In this document: in pieces, positions 18,535 through 29,500 of the stretch
Layout of the letters: each line of letters starts with the position of its first letter
How positions within the stretch are numbered: the first letter of the stretch is position 1
Origin: Fidelibacterota bacterium
Lineage (GTDB): Bacteria > Fidelibacterota > UBA8477 > JABMPR01
Direction of reading: 5' to 3'
Assembly (NCBI GenBank): GCA_018650795.1
Contig: JABIFG010000058.1
Span: 9,497 to 73,496 of the forward strand
Length of the DNA: 64,000 nt
Translations under genes and position numbers: made by a program
The notes under the pieces: model-generated
Told to the model about the DNA's origin: nothing
The model's database searches: none
Seen by the model: the letters and a program-made list of their open reading frames with translations, nothing else

Positions 18535-18650
18535 GGTAAGGAGACTGAGCTTGTCGAAGTCGGTTGGTTATCACCCTATGGTAATGGACATTTCGTCCTT
18601 CGACTCCGCTCAGTATGACAGCTCAATGTCCGAGGAATCTTATAGCTTCA
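18535..18650. repeat. Copy of the dispersed intergenic element (CTGAGCTTGTCGAAG ... CGACTCCGCTCAGTATGAC)
   Basis: Shares the CTGAGCTYGTCGAAGT core and a CTCAG(G/T)ATGAC end with the copies at 6156, 38886 and 57978. Confidence 0.4.
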
Positions 18651-20157
18651 GGGTATATCCTAGCATAATGCGATCGTTTCTATCAGTGATATAATGCATG
18701 CTGGTTGCGAAGTAATCCAGATATTTTAGTTGTTGCCAGCTATAAGCAATATCAAAAGTACCCCAGAGCATGTCGATGGCTATCCCACCTGAATAGATAT
18801 CCTGTTCCGGTCCTCGATCGATAAATGGCGATCGCCAGCCATGAAATTCACGGCTACCTGTTTGATAACCACCCGCAAGCTTTACCCTGCTATGGATTTT
18901 GTAAACAATTCCTAATTTCATGGTCAATACGTCAACCCAGGGTTGGTAACCATCTAGTGTTTGACTGGTATCACCCAGGCTGATTTTTGCTTCCGATAAC
19001 GGATTCCAAATCAAATCGAAGTAAACCTCCAATTGATCTTTTGGTTTTACAGCTATGCCAAAACTGGATTTTACCGGTAACGCGATATCCATTGATATTC
19101 CGCTTGTATCCAGCACAAAAGCTGAATCATCAGGTTGAATAAACCAATCTGCATCAGAATATTTACGAGTCATCGTGGCAGGTAAATCAAACTGAAATCC
19201 TGCCGAAAAATCAGGGGTATGAAACTGTAGTGACAAATCTAGAATATTTGCCGACCAATCACTATCCGCAGTATTAACTTTAGCAGCAGTTGTGTCATCA
19301 TAATAAAAGGCAAAACCACCATTGGGACGCCACTTATAATCTCCATAGTGTGCCCATGATATATTGTCATTTGTTGTGCCGGACAGTGATTTCATGCCAA
19401 TACCAACATTCGCCCATTCAAAAACTTCGACAGCCAGTGCTGCCTGAAGCACAGCCATATCGCCTTTCCGCTCTCGGACATATGTAAACTGGTGCAAATC
19501 CAGGGTATCGCCATCAGTATTCAGACCTGGATCAGCCCAATCCCCGATAACAGGATCGAGATAGGCTTCATTCTGATCATAATCGTATATATTCTGGTTT
19601 CGATAAGCCAGGGCTAATGCAATCGTCCGTCCACCAAAAATCGCAAGGGGTAAACCTAGACTCACATTTGAAATACCTGAGAGTTCCAACTTCTGTTCCC
19701 AGTCCCGTGCTTTATAATCCCAGAAATTCAAACCAGTATCATTCACCTTGATATCATCAGGTGTGAGCAAATTAAATAGGGAATCCACCCAAATACCGTT
19801 GTTACTATGTACAGGTTGGTAAGTTTTATCTATAATACGCAGAATAAGGGGGTCAACCCTATCTTCCATCATGACCATATTTTCAAATTGATTTCGATTC
19901 GAGATATGACCATTAAATTGAAATTGAATTCCTTCCAAACCGACTAAACCGGCTGGATTACGAAAGATATCATTCAGAGTTCCATCACCTGCCACTCCCG
20001 CGCCAGCTTTTGCCAGAGTCCAGGGGGTTTCGGTTTCAAGGTTTGCCATCCCATGCAAGAGAATCACCTCTCCATTCCCCTGCCCCAAAAGCGAGAGAGG
20101 GAAAAAGGCAATGCTTGCCAGAGTTAATATTACAGTGATTGATTTAAATTTATTCAT
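18640..20157 (-). CDS. long PorV/PorQ-like (FadL-like) T9SS-associated outer-membrane beta-barrel, 505 aa
   Basis: Signal peptide. N-terminal block AKAGAGVAGDGTLNDIFRNPAGLVGLEGIQFQF shares the xxA(R/K)xxxxGxxxxxxxxxNPAGL signature with the shorter PorV-like proteins and with its 514-aa paralog at 44802-46346. Ends in alternating barrel-type strands ...LGYTLKL. Confidence 0.5.
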   Translation of the reverse strand: MNKFKSITVILTLASIAFFPLSLLGQGNGEVILLHGMANLETETPWTLAKAGAGVAGDGTLNDIFRNPAGLVGLEGIQFQFNGHISNRNQFENMVMMEDRVDPLILRIIDKTYQPVHSNNGIWVDSLFNLLTPDDIKVNDTGLNFWDYKARDWEQKLELSGISNVSLGLPLAIFGGRTIALALAYRNQNIYDYDQNEAYLDPVIGDWADPGLNTDGDTLDLHQFTYVRERKGDMAVLQAALAVEVFEWANVGIGMKSLSGTTNDNISWAHYGDYKWRPNGGFAFYYDDTTAAKVNTADSDWSANILDLSLQFHTPDFSAGFQFDLPATMTRKYSDADWFIQPDDSAFVLDTSGISMDIALPVKSSFGIAVKPKDQLEVYFDLIWNPLSEAKISLGDTSQTLDGYQPWVDVLTMKLGIVYKIHSRVKLAGGYQTGSREFHGWRSPFIDRGPEQDIYSGGIAIDMLWGTFDIAYSWQQLKYLDYFATSMHYITDRNDRIMLGYTLKL

Positions 20158-20170
20158 ACTTATATCCAGC

Positions 20171-21163
20171 CTATCTCATCACATAGCTCAGACTAAAACG
20201 CTGAACGTATTGCAAGAAGTCATCATAATCATTATATGCATAATCGAATTTAAAATTTCCCAGGGCTACCCCAGCTCCCAGACTGAGTCCCTCAGTGAGA
20301 TAATTGATTTTATATCCTCCCCGCAAGAACAGTCTTTCTTTCAAAGCCCATTCTGCACCCACGTTATACTGTTGATCATAATCCCTGGGGGCTAGCAGAT
20401 CTGCTGCCAGAGTGAGTCTTTGAAACGAATTTGTCCCCATCAAGCCACCTTCTGGACCAAAGCATTCAGTGGCGAATCCTAAAATAAGTACCTGAGGTGC
20501 TGAAAATCCCTTCTCTTCAAATACGATGTCATCTCCAAAATGACGAACAACTGCACTGGTTCGTAGTGTTCTCCAGCCGGAGCGATAGAGCACACCACCA
20601 TCAAAAAGGATTTGATCGTCCTTGGAATAAATGAGGTCTTCCTGCACAAATTTGGCAGTGATACCAAAACTGAATTTATCTGTTACAGCTCGGGCATAAG
20701 TCAGACCCAACATGAGATGATTAGGAGAAAAGTAATCTTGAGAAGTGGCAAATGCCTGGTATTCCGCCAGACTGGAGACATTGGTTGTATGGAGTATTTT
20801 ACCAATATCATTGTATTGATACTGTATGGCAAACGTGCCTAACCGGGTTCCGAAGAGTGCAACACCTCCCATATTTCGGACATCTGCAAAATAGTTATAC
20901 ATAGACATAGACAATTCATATTTCCCTGCGTCAGTTAGCCCGGCAGGATTGTAATATACGCCATCAGCATTATCAGCCACTGCCGTAAAAGCTTCGCCCA
21001 TACCGTTGGCTCTGGCATCCGGTTTTACCTTCAGGAATTGAAATGCAGTTGTCCCCTCTTTAGTCGTCTGAGCATCAATTGTTGAGAGTGCTAACAGCAG
21101 ACACAAGGGCAAGACTATTGATTTGATTCTCTTCAATTTCATCATTCTTTCTCCTTGGGTCAC
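20171..21163 (-). CDS. PorV-like T9SS-associated outer-membrane beta-barrel (PorV/PorQ family), about 325 aa
   Basis: TAFQFLKVKPDARANGMGEAFTAVADNADGVYYNPAGLTD is the characteristic PorV-type N-terminal motif. C-terminal aromatic-rich beta-strands ...QRFSLSYVMR. Paralog at 46348-47433. Likely start MMKLKRIK (21145). Confidence 0.55.
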   Translation of the reverse strand: MTQGERMMKLKRIKSIVLPLCLLLALSTIDAQTTKEGTTAFQFLKVKPDARANGMGEAFTAVADNADGVYYNPAGLTDAGKYELSMSMYNYFADVRNMGGVALFGTRLGTFAIQYQYNDIGKILHTTNVSSLAEYQAFATSQDYFSPNHLMLGLTYARAVTDKFSFGITAKFVQEDLIYSKDDQILFDGGVLYRSGWRTLRTSAVVRHFGDDIVFEEKGFSAPQVLILGFATECFGPEGGLMGTNSFQRLTLAADLLAPRDYDQQYNVGAEWALKERLFLRGGYKINYLTEGLSLGAGVALGNFKFDYAYNDYDDFLQYVQRFSLSYVMR

Positions 21164-21165
21164 AG

Positions 21166-23445
21166 CTAGCGAATAATTACAAACTTTGTCATGGTCTGCT
21201 GTCCATCTGGTGTCTGAATGGCAACAAAATACACACCTGGAGCCAGGAGCATGTTATTCTCATTCACGAGATTAAAAGTGAGCGATCCACTCTCAGAGTT
21301 TTCATGCTCAATGCTTTGTACTTTCTGACCTGCAAAACTATAGACACGAATTGAGCATTTTTCAGGAAGTCCAAAAATACTGACTGCATTTGCAAGTGAG
21401 ACATTTTGAAAGCCACTTTCCAGAATAAAGGGATTTGGGACAATAAAAATGTTCTCAAGATCCCCTTCGGGACCAATATCCCTGCGATGTTGAGTCATAT
21501 TTGTTTTACCACTCTGAAAACCATTTACATCCCGCGTAGTAACTGAATAAAAGGCCACATCTGAAAAGGCGAAATCGATGTCATCATCTATATATTCGTA
21601 GATATTTTCAGAATTGACCTCCCCCGCTGAAATGGCGACTAATCGTTTCCAGGGACCAAGACGATTAAAACTTCTCCAGATATAAAATGAGTCCAAGGCA
21701 GCAGAGGAATGAGTAAAATCTTCAACTGCTCTTGACCAGGTAATATGGATATTGGCATCCTCATCGTTACTCACCTTAAGACCTGGTGCAGGAACTGGAA
21801 CATAGACATCATACACGCCATCTGGCTCCGTCCAATCCGGCCAACAGACGACTGAATCCTCCGCCCAGAGTGAATCATGTTCGATGTCCCATCCGGTATA
21901 GGCTTTCCAAGCCTCTCGAGCAACGTCCTGAACTGAGATAACCCCAGTTTCTGCATTGACATAATCGGGATATCCAAAAGTATCCAAATATCTGAAGGTG
22001 CTATCTCCTACTGTGAGTTCAGCATTAATATCAGGCGCTACACCCCAAAGGTCTGATTTCTGACCACCTCCAAATACCCTTTTACCTGGATCTGAACCAT
22101 ATCCAACGACCTGGGCAAAACTGAAATGAAGAATATCACCCCTGTTAATAGTATAGGGACCACAAACAAATGACGAGGCAGGCGCTTCTGCACTTTTAGG
22201 TTTATACTTGGGTCTTCCAACCCAAAACATTGGATGCTCATTTGGATCCGGTGCGTCAAGTTCTGGAAATTTACCTTGGGCCCGGCTATGTGTCTTATAA
22301 TGTGGTTTGTTGATGAGCGATGTAGAAACAAACCAACCAGCATTCTGGATAATCCCCCAGGGCTGCTTGATAGTTAAATTCTCATCCCATTCAAAGTCAG
22401 CTGCATGTTGAGCATATTCCATTGTTGTCAGATGAAAGGTCGTATCATTTGTATCAAGAACTGTCAGATGCTCCCTATCCCAATGAAGCGCTGTATGCCC
22501 CGCAGCCTGTGGTGCCAGCAATCCACCACCATTCAAACCAGTAGACGAAAACTCCCAAAAAAGATCCTCATCCGGTTCAGGATGATATGGCTTGGAGTGA
22601 TCCTGCTGGGTGCTAATGCTCTGGCAATAAAACATGGTGTAGTCTGTATCGAAACTGTTGTATACATCACCCCTGAAAATTCCTGGTTTCCAGTACCAGG
22701 AACCAAAGGTTCTCTGAAAGCTCATCATGTTAGGTGGTATAGCCGTATGGAATGCAAACAAGGCATCTACATAGGTATCTACTGAGTCCTGCTCTATAGT
22801 GTTTTCATCATAGTCCGTATTGCCCGTAAATTCCAGTTCATACTCATGGAAAATGATATCATCCAGCATTGGATAGCTGTATTGACGAGTGACCCTCGTA
22901 ACTGTCATACCCACACTGGTAGCAAATCGAGTGTGAATGAGCTGTTCAGCCTCATTTGGATCGAAATCAGGATTGAGACTACCATCTTCAAGCAGAGGAT
23001 AGTTGGTTTCTTTCCAGAATTCAAGTGGCCAGCACCAAACTTCATATTCCATCTCTGGACCGCCCGAGCCCACCATTCCAGCGAATGAAAAGTGTTTTTG
23101 ATCAACTCCCAGTTTTCCTGGATGGTTCACACCAATATGGATACCACCTCCCAGACCGTTGTGTTGACCATAATATTCAATATTATCAATAACAGTCCTT
23201 GACCAGGCTGGCCATTCGGTCATAGGTGTATTGGTTGATTCAATTCCATTATTTTTGTAGGGGGCTACGAAGACTCCCGTGTTATAAAAAGTCTCATGGA
23301 GGGTACCGCGATCATGGACCAAACGCTCACGTTGAGCCCATAAGCCAGAAGTAATACTCATCAGCAATATGACATATAATACCAATTTTAAGCGATTTGA
23401 CATAGCAGTCTCAGTTGAACTTTCCTGATATATATAGTTCATCAT
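21166..23445 (-). CDS. large secreted protein of unknown function with a type-A T9SS CTD (unrecognised family; paralog of 47430-49793)
   Basis: Signal (MSNRLKLVLYVILLMSITSGLWAQ, probable start 23403). Conserved blocks shared with the paralog: EWPxxSxTVxxxIxYxGQHNxxGGGIHIGxNxxxK, HFSFxGxVGxGGPE and GGLLAPQAAG. CTD IFIVPNPF...GVYFVAIQT...KFVIIR. Confidence 0.6.
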   Translation of the reverse strand: MMNYIYQESSTETAMSNRLKLVLYVILLMSITSGLWAQRERLVHDRGTLHETFYNTGVFVAPYKNNGIESTNTPMTEWPAWSRTVIDNIEYYGQHNGLGGGIHIGVNHPGKLGVDQKHFSFAGMVGSGGPEMEYEVWCWPLEFWKETNYPLLEDGSLNPDFDPNEAEQLIHTRFATSVGMTVTRVTRQYSYPMLDDIIFHEYELEFTGNTDYDENTIEQDSVDTYVDALFAFHTAIPPNMMSFQRTFGSWYWKPGIFRGDVYNSFDTDYTMFYCQSISTQQDHSKPYHPEPDEDLFWEFSSTGLNGGGLLAPQAAGHTALHWDREHLTVLDTNDTTFHLTTMEYAQHAADFEWDENLTIKQPWGIIQNAGWFVSTSLINKPHYKTHSRAQGKFPELDAPDPNEHPMFWVGRPKYKPKSAEAPASSFVCGPYTINRGDILHFSFAQVVGYGSDPGKRVFGGGQKSDLWGVAPDINAELTVGDSTFRYLDTFGYPDYVNAETGVISVQDVAREAWKAYTGWDIEHDSLWAEDSVVCWPDWTEPDGVYDVYVPVPAPGLKVSNDEDANIHITWSRAVEDFTHSSAALDSFYIWRSFNRLGPWKRLVAISAGEVNSENIYEYIDDDIDFAFSDVAFYSVTTRDVNGFQSGKTNMTQHRRDIGPEGDLENIFIVPNPFILESGFQNVSLANAVSIFGLPEKCSIRVYSFAGQKVQSIEHENSESGSLTFNLVNENNMLLAPGVYFVAIQTPDGQQTMTKFVIIR

Positions 23446-23454
23446 AGTAGTCCC

Positions 23455-26379
23455 TTAAAAAGTCCACTGAACGCCAAGGCGAAAATAGCGAGGAGCGTTT
23501 TGATAGTAGCGAATGTGCTGGGGGAAATCCATGGGAGAATAATCACTTTCCACCATAACAGCATCGATGTCGCCTGCCTCATATTCTTCAATTGCTTCAA
23601 AGTCCTTAAATAAGGAATAGGCATAAACCTTTTCGTTCAAGACATTAAAGATAGTGAGGTTAAGGTTGAGTTTCTGTTTCCCAAAACGCATGTTCTTAGC
23701 AATTTTCATCTGAAGATTATTCTCGTCAGGACCGACTTTATTGAATTTTGTTCCAATTGCTTCTTCAGGACCATAGTACGTATAGGGTCTTCCCTCTTGA
23801 AAAGTGAATTTCGTATTGACTGAGATACCAGAGATAGGTTGTACTCCAAAGATCTGGGGTCCGAACCCGCTGGGAGTTTTATAGCCGATATTTGTGATAA
23901 TCCTGTTTCGGCGATTATAGTTCATGATCACATCTTCAGGTTCCGGCGCGCGATTATTCTCATGATCAAAATCATAGCGCCCATCTGAACCTTCCTTGTA
24001 TGATAGGGTAGCGTCAAAGGGTGTGGGGTTCTTGCCAATTGCTTTCTGGAAATTATAGCGAACGCTCATATTAAAGTTGCCCTGTTTTCTAACAAGACTC
24101 AAACTGAAGCCCTTGATATTGGCATAATCAAGATTGGCAAATCCCTTATAATCAGATCCGGTTGAATCCTCATAGAAGACCGTCTGCACCAGATTTTTCA
24201 CATCCTTATAATAGGTCGAAATATTTAACCTGAAACCAAAGGGTAGTCCCTGAACCAGACCAAAATCATAGGCATTGGTTCGTTCTGGTTTCAATCGGGC
24301 ATTACCCAATTCATCAACCTCATTGCCTGTAATATCATAATAGCGACGATAGATTTTGTCAAAATTGGGACGCTGAGTAAAACTTCCATAGTTAACATGA
24401 ATCACCGAGCGATCATTGACCGGATAAGAAAAGCCCAACCTGGGTTGCAGGTGGTAAACCAACTCGGTTTTGGCAGTTTCTGCTAATTCAGGATCGTTAA
24501 AAGGTCCACGTAAACCTGGTGGTAAACTCGCATCATAATTCGGATTAGCAGTCGGATGGAAAAGATTTGTAAAATATTCATAGTTATAATTATAAAAGTC
24601 AAAACGTAGACCAATATTTGCAACCAGACCCTCGAATTCCATCTTGTCCTGGACATAGAAAGCTCCCTCGTAGGGTTTCTCATGATATGTCAGGATTTGA
24701 GCATTTGGTGAACTCGCCGATGCAGACCGCTCCGTACGCAGATCATAGCTAAATAGTTGCCATCCAGCTTTTATCAAATTTCCCATGTTGAGTTGTTTAT
24801 TCCAGGATCCATAAAAGCGCAGGGTGCTGGTCTCCTCAGTAGTATAGCTATTTTCCAGGACCTTATTATTCAGATCACCAGGTAACCAGATGGGCGTATT
24901 AAAATCGCTCCCAAAATTTGAACCCATCCATTCAGGATCACGTACAGGATATCTGTGAGCATAGTCCGTGGTAAAACTCCTCAGGTTCATCTCCATATAG
25001 GACTTTTTACTAAATATGTGCTCCCAGCGAAGACCATAATCTGCTGCCTGGTTTCTATCACGGTGAGGGCCATAATCAGGATTGAAAATTTTAACATACC
25101 TATTCCCAACACTCCAATTGAGCTTATCGGAGGCAAAGTAATTCAGGGAAATGATTAGTTTGTTTGAGAAATCCGGTGCCCATGAAAAATTGGACATGAG
25201 CTGTCTTGATTTATTTGGAAAAGCGGTCAAGACTTTGGTTCCATCTACCTGCTGTCTGACTGCCAGAAAGATTCTGGTCTTGTCAGACACGGGTCCACCA
25301 GTTGAAAGATCAATGCGGTAATCCGTCACTTCATCATACGACAATCCTATTTGTCTGGCAAAAGCCAGGTATTGAGCCCGAGCAAACTGAGCCACTTTAA
25401 GACTGTCCTCATGGGTGGCATTTTCGAGATCCACATAATTAGCGTAGGAGCCATTGCTATTCCAGTTAATCAATGATTGACTGGAATCCTGCTGACTGAC
25501 CTGAAGCCAATTCTCTGCGTCCCCTCCAAACAGATTGTGAGGTCTGACATCTTCGCTCCAGGCAGATCCACCCCAGTGATTATAGTGCGGTAATGTTCCG
25601 GAGTAATTCACCTTGGTACTCCAACGCTTTCCGCCTGTTTTGGGGACCATATTGATTACCCCTGACTGAGCATTTCCATACTCAGCCGAGAAACCTGAGG
25701 TAAACACTTCCACCGCCTGAAGACCAGAGGTCATCGGCTTAAAGGAAGCTTTATTGGATAATGGGTTTACTATACTAGCTCCACCGATCAGATATTGAGT
25801 TTCGGCTTCACGACCTCCACGAACATTATCTTCAACAATATCAGCATTGAGATCAATAATATCCTGGACATCGTAGATTCCAGCCACTTCCTCAAGTTCT
25901 GACATGATATAGTTCTGTTTAGTAGCGGTGAGATCTTTTTGAATCATGTCAGATCGGAAGGCGGTTACCAGAATATCATCCAGGAGTAATGATTCGGAAC
26001 TCAAGTCAAAAAATATTTCAGTAGTTTTGTCTACGTCTATGCGCACCATTTCAATCTTTTTTGACTGGTAGCCCATCATGTGGGCTTCGACATTGTAAAA
26101 ACCAGGCTCAAGATTAAGGATATAGAAACGACCATCAAGATCTGTGGCAGCTCCAAGAGGTCTACTCAATGGTTCGATTTCTCCACCGACCCAGCGCTCA
26201 TTAATAATAACGTTGGCACCAATCAGTCCCTTATCAGTTCCAGTATCACGAACAGCTCCAGAAATTTTACCCGTTTGATCTGCCATTACTGAGGATTGAA
26301 TGATCAGAGCCATCAGTATGGCGCTTTTTATTCGTTTTATCATTTTTGGGGATTGTGGCATAAAGCCTCTCCTTAGCAT
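23455..26379 (-). CDS. TonB-dependent receptor (carboxypeptidase-regulatory-like N-domain, plug, 22-strand-type barrel)
   Basis: GKISGAVRDTGTDKGLIGANVIINE...DGRFYILNLEPGFYNVEAHMMGYQ; plug ...TSGFSAEYGNAQSGVINMVPKTGG; terminal YFRLGVQWTF. Paralog at 49828-52746. Confidence 0.8.
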   Translation of the reverse strand: MLRRGFMPQSPKMIKRIKSAILMALIIQSSVMADQTGKISGAVRDTGTDKGLIGANVIINERWVGGEIEPLSRPLGAATDLDGRFYILNLEPGFYNVEAHMMGYQSKKIEMVRIDVDKTTEIFFDLSSESLLLDDILVTAFRSDMIQKDLTATKQNYIMSELEEVAGIYDVQDIIDLNADIVEDNVRGGREAETQYLIGGASIVNPLSNKASFKPMTSGLQAVEVFTSGFSAEYGNAQSGVINMVPKTGGKRWSTKVNYSGTLPHYNHWGGSAWSEDVRPHNLFGGDAENWLQVSQQDSSQSLINWNSNGSYANYVDLENATHEDSLKVAQFARAQYLAFARQIGLSYDEVTDYRIDLSTGGPVSDKTRIFLAVRQQVDGTKVLTAFPNKSRQLMSNFSWAPDFSNKLIISLNYFASDKLNWSVGNRYVKIFNPDYGPHRDRNQAADYGLRWEHIFSKKSYMEMNLRSFTTDYAHRYPVRDPEWMGSNFGSDFNTPIWLPGDLNNKVLENSYTTEETSTLRFYGSWNKQLNMGNLIKAGWQLFSYDLRTERSASASSPNAQILTYHEKPYEGAFYVQDKMEFEGLVANIGLRFDFYNYNYEYFTNLFHPTANPNYDASLPPGLRGPFNDPELAETAKTELVYHLQPRLGFSYPVNDRSVIHVNYGSFTQRPNFDKIYRRYYDITGNEVDELGNARLKPERTNAYDFGLVQGLPFGFRLNISTYYKDVKNLVQTVFYEDSTGSDYKGFANLDYANIKGFSLSLVRKQGNFNMSVRYNFQKAIGKNPTPFDATLSYKEGSDGRYDFDHENNRAPEPEDVIMNYNRRNRIITNIGYKTPSGFGPQIFGVQPISGISVNTKFTFQEGRPYTYYGPEEAIGTKFNKVGPDENNLQMKIAKNMRFGKQKLNLNLTIFNVLNEKVYAYSLFKDFEAIEEYEAGDIDAVMVESDYSPMDFPQHIRYYQNAPRYFRLGVQWTF

Positions 26380-26510
26380 AACGGTGTCAATCTTTTGAAG
26401 CCGTGCCTCCAGGGATTTTCAGATTTCGTTGGCAAAAACCCGCCTGGTCAAAAAATCCCAACTCAGTTCCAGTTAGCCCGCACGGGCATTAGATATTTAA
26501 ACATTTTTTT

Positions 26511-26547
26511 CAAAAAAGAGGGCAGTCCGTATACCAGACTACCCCCT
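26511..26547 (-). terminator. Rho-independent terminator downstream of the 1500-aa gene
   Basis: Minus-strand reading AGGGGGTAGTCtggtatacgGACTGCCCTCTTTTTTG: 8-bp stem (one G·U), 9-nt loop, T-run. A second hairpin GCCCGcaCGGGC lies at 26477-26488. Confidence 0.55.
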
Positions 26548-26572
26548 ATTTAATCTAGAACCTCATCTCAAG

Positions 26573-29500
26573 TTACTTGAGTAAGATCATTTTTCTAGCT
26601 TGACCGTAGCTGCCAGCCTGGATACGATATATATACATACCGGCGCCAACGGGTCGACCATTTTGATCAGTACCATTCCAGATAGCCGTATGATAACCAG
26701 CATCTCTGGACTCGTTCACGAGCGTTGATACCAATCGACCCTTGAGATCATAGATACTCAAAACAACCTGTGAAGCTTCTGGAAGTCCATAGCTTAAAGT
26801 GGTTGCAGGATTAAACGGATTGGGATAGTTATTTTCCAAAACATAGTCATCGGGAATGATACCTTCAGCATGAAGACCTACTGCTGTAGCATCTACAGTC
26901 AGTGTAAATGGGCCATTAGAAGCTGATACAGGATCAGCAACACCGTCTGATATGGACATCGTCCATGATCCAGCGGCTGTTCCATCATCCGGCAGGGCGT
27001 CTGCAAGTGCAGCATAGGTGATATAGGCCATAGAACTTCCCTCAAGAATAAGATCGTTTGCAAGGAATCCTAAATCATCTGATCCCTCCAAAGTTATCTC
27101 AAGTTCATCACCATCCACATCAATCAGATCGGACCATGTAAACCATAGTGTATCACCGAGTGTTGTGGAAGTAATCGTAACTGTTGTGGCATCTGCTGGT
27201 GTATTCAATGCAAAGTCCGTTGGTGCATCGTTAACTGCATTCACAGTCACCATCATGGTATCGCTGACTGTGGCTCTGGTAGTTGGATTGCTGGCGGTAA
27301 AGACGATTTCAGTGCTACCATTGGCATCAGGCAAGAATTGCAGGGTAACCACGTTGTCTGTAACCGATGCAAAGACCAGTGATTCATCACCAATCACATG
27401 ACTGTAAATCAGTTCTTGATCAATATCAATAAAGACTGTATCCAGATCGACCAGCAGCAGATCCGCAGCATCCTCATCTACCATGACATCGGCAATTGGA
27501 TTGATGACGACTGGCAAATCATCAACTGGACCAACGACGAGTACAAAACTGGTTGTAGCATCCAATAGGCCATCGCTGACTACAACATCAATGTTTGCTG
27601 TACCGCTCCAGTTGGCAGCAGGTGTCAAAGTCAGCATAGCATCAACCAGGAAGGAAGGCACCACGTTGGCTTCATCTGAAGTTGCCGAATACGTCAAGGC
27701 ATCCTCTTCAGCATCAACAGCGATGATGGGCACCACCAGGATTGTATCTTCACCAGTAAACTGTGCTGGAATGTCTGTAATCACAGGTGCAGTGTTGGGC
27801 ACAAAGGTTCCCCAGTTACGGTCACCAATATTGTCCCCATCGCTAGCAGCGCCCACATAGGCAGATGTTGAAGCGAGGCGAAAATCACTGGCTGCGACAT
27901 CAGCAAACATAGGATCGGCCACACCGATGCAGTTCGTTGATGCTGGAACTTTGTCATTATTGCGTGAATCAAAGTTAAACCAACCACTATAATACAATGA
28001 ATCTGGATAGGCATCGATTGGTTCAGCAGTATTTTTTGTCACATTCCATCTCTGAACATTTGAGAATATGTTATTCCCAACAAATGTCCCTGCTTCACTA
28101 CCGAACAACTTGATTGTGTGGTTATTAGCAATACTATAAAATGTACAATGGTTTATAGTTACGATTGAAGGATCTGATCCATCATCGTAATTTGATATTC
28201 TAATGGGAAGGATCAGATTTGAGAAAGTACAATCTTCGATCAGGATGACAGAAGCAGCTGGAATGGTATCGACATCGCTGGGGTTATTTGCATCACCCAT
28301 AAAATCAAGCGGTCTGGCAAACAGCAAATTTGAAAATTTGCTGTTCGTGATACTTAAAGTATCCAGACTAGAACCATCTGAAGTGCTTTCCAAAAATTCT
28401 TGTCTGACGGCTTTCTCACCATTTCTGAAATCACAATTGTCAACCACAAGGTTATTGATACCGGGTTGGCCATAATCCATCAGCGTATCACTGTATACTA
28501 CAAATACGCCAATCGTATCTGTGGCCATTGCCAGATCTTCTTGACCAAAAACCAGACCTTGCAGGCTTATATCAGCCCAGGCTCGAATAAGATTTTCGGT
28601 AATATCTCCTTGTCCATAGGCAAACTCTATTACAGGTTTTTCGGTGAGCCCATCAGCTGCTTTGATTGTTATTGGCTTATCCACAATGAAAGTCGTGTCT
28701 GTGTACATTCCTCCATCTGTGGTGAGCACAATAATATCACGAGCATTTGCCGTGGCGATGGCATTTGATATGGCATACATACCTGCTGCCACTTCAATTT
28801 CATTACCGCCTGGTCCCATGTCGACCATATCATATCGCAGGGTTCCCATTATCTGATAGCCATCGTCGCGTGGATCTGATGAATCATACTGGGTGACAAC
28901 ACCCTTGAGATCCATGAGTACCTGAGGAGGATACCAACCGTCTAAATCGGTATCACTATCAATCCTGAGTGTAACTGTATTGGTGCCATCTGTCAGATCG
29001 ACACTGGCACTGTTTCCGTCAGTTGGCCAGGTAGATGGGTCAACGAGATAAACATCATCAACTTTGATAAATGAACCTTCATTGGCCTCACCCAGTAGAT
29101 CCAGGGTGATTAATGTTGGTACTCTTGCGTTTTCCGTACTCAGGACAGAAACACTGGCAGCGGTCACCTCAAGTTGGGTCAGACCGTTATACTGACTCAC
29201 CTCACCAAAGACCTCTACTTCATCTCCAATATTTAGAACTAAGTCCGTTCCGTCTGCATGTAATACAATTCCGGCTGTGGCATCCTGAATGTGATAGGCA
29301 CGATAGTAACCACCATAGTCAGGAGAAGTTACAATACCCATAACATGAACCAGATCCCCGAGTTTGTCTGGAACTAAATTAGCATCGGAGTCTAAACGAG
29401 CATCAGCAATGGAGATTACTGGTAGTACAATAGAGAAGGCTGCGTCACTCACATCTGAAACAGCTCCATCCTCCACTACGGTTAGACGGACACTGCAAAG

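Noticed and set aside
20171-21163. Possibility that the ~330-aa barrels are FadL-type hydrophobic-compound transporters rather than T9SS components
   Set aside because: This is not fully rejected, since FadL, PorV, PorQ and PorP share a fold. The N-terminal xxARxxxMGxAxxAxxxxxxxxxNPAGL motif and the invariable adjacency to T9SS-CTD cargo favour the PorV/PorQ-family reading.
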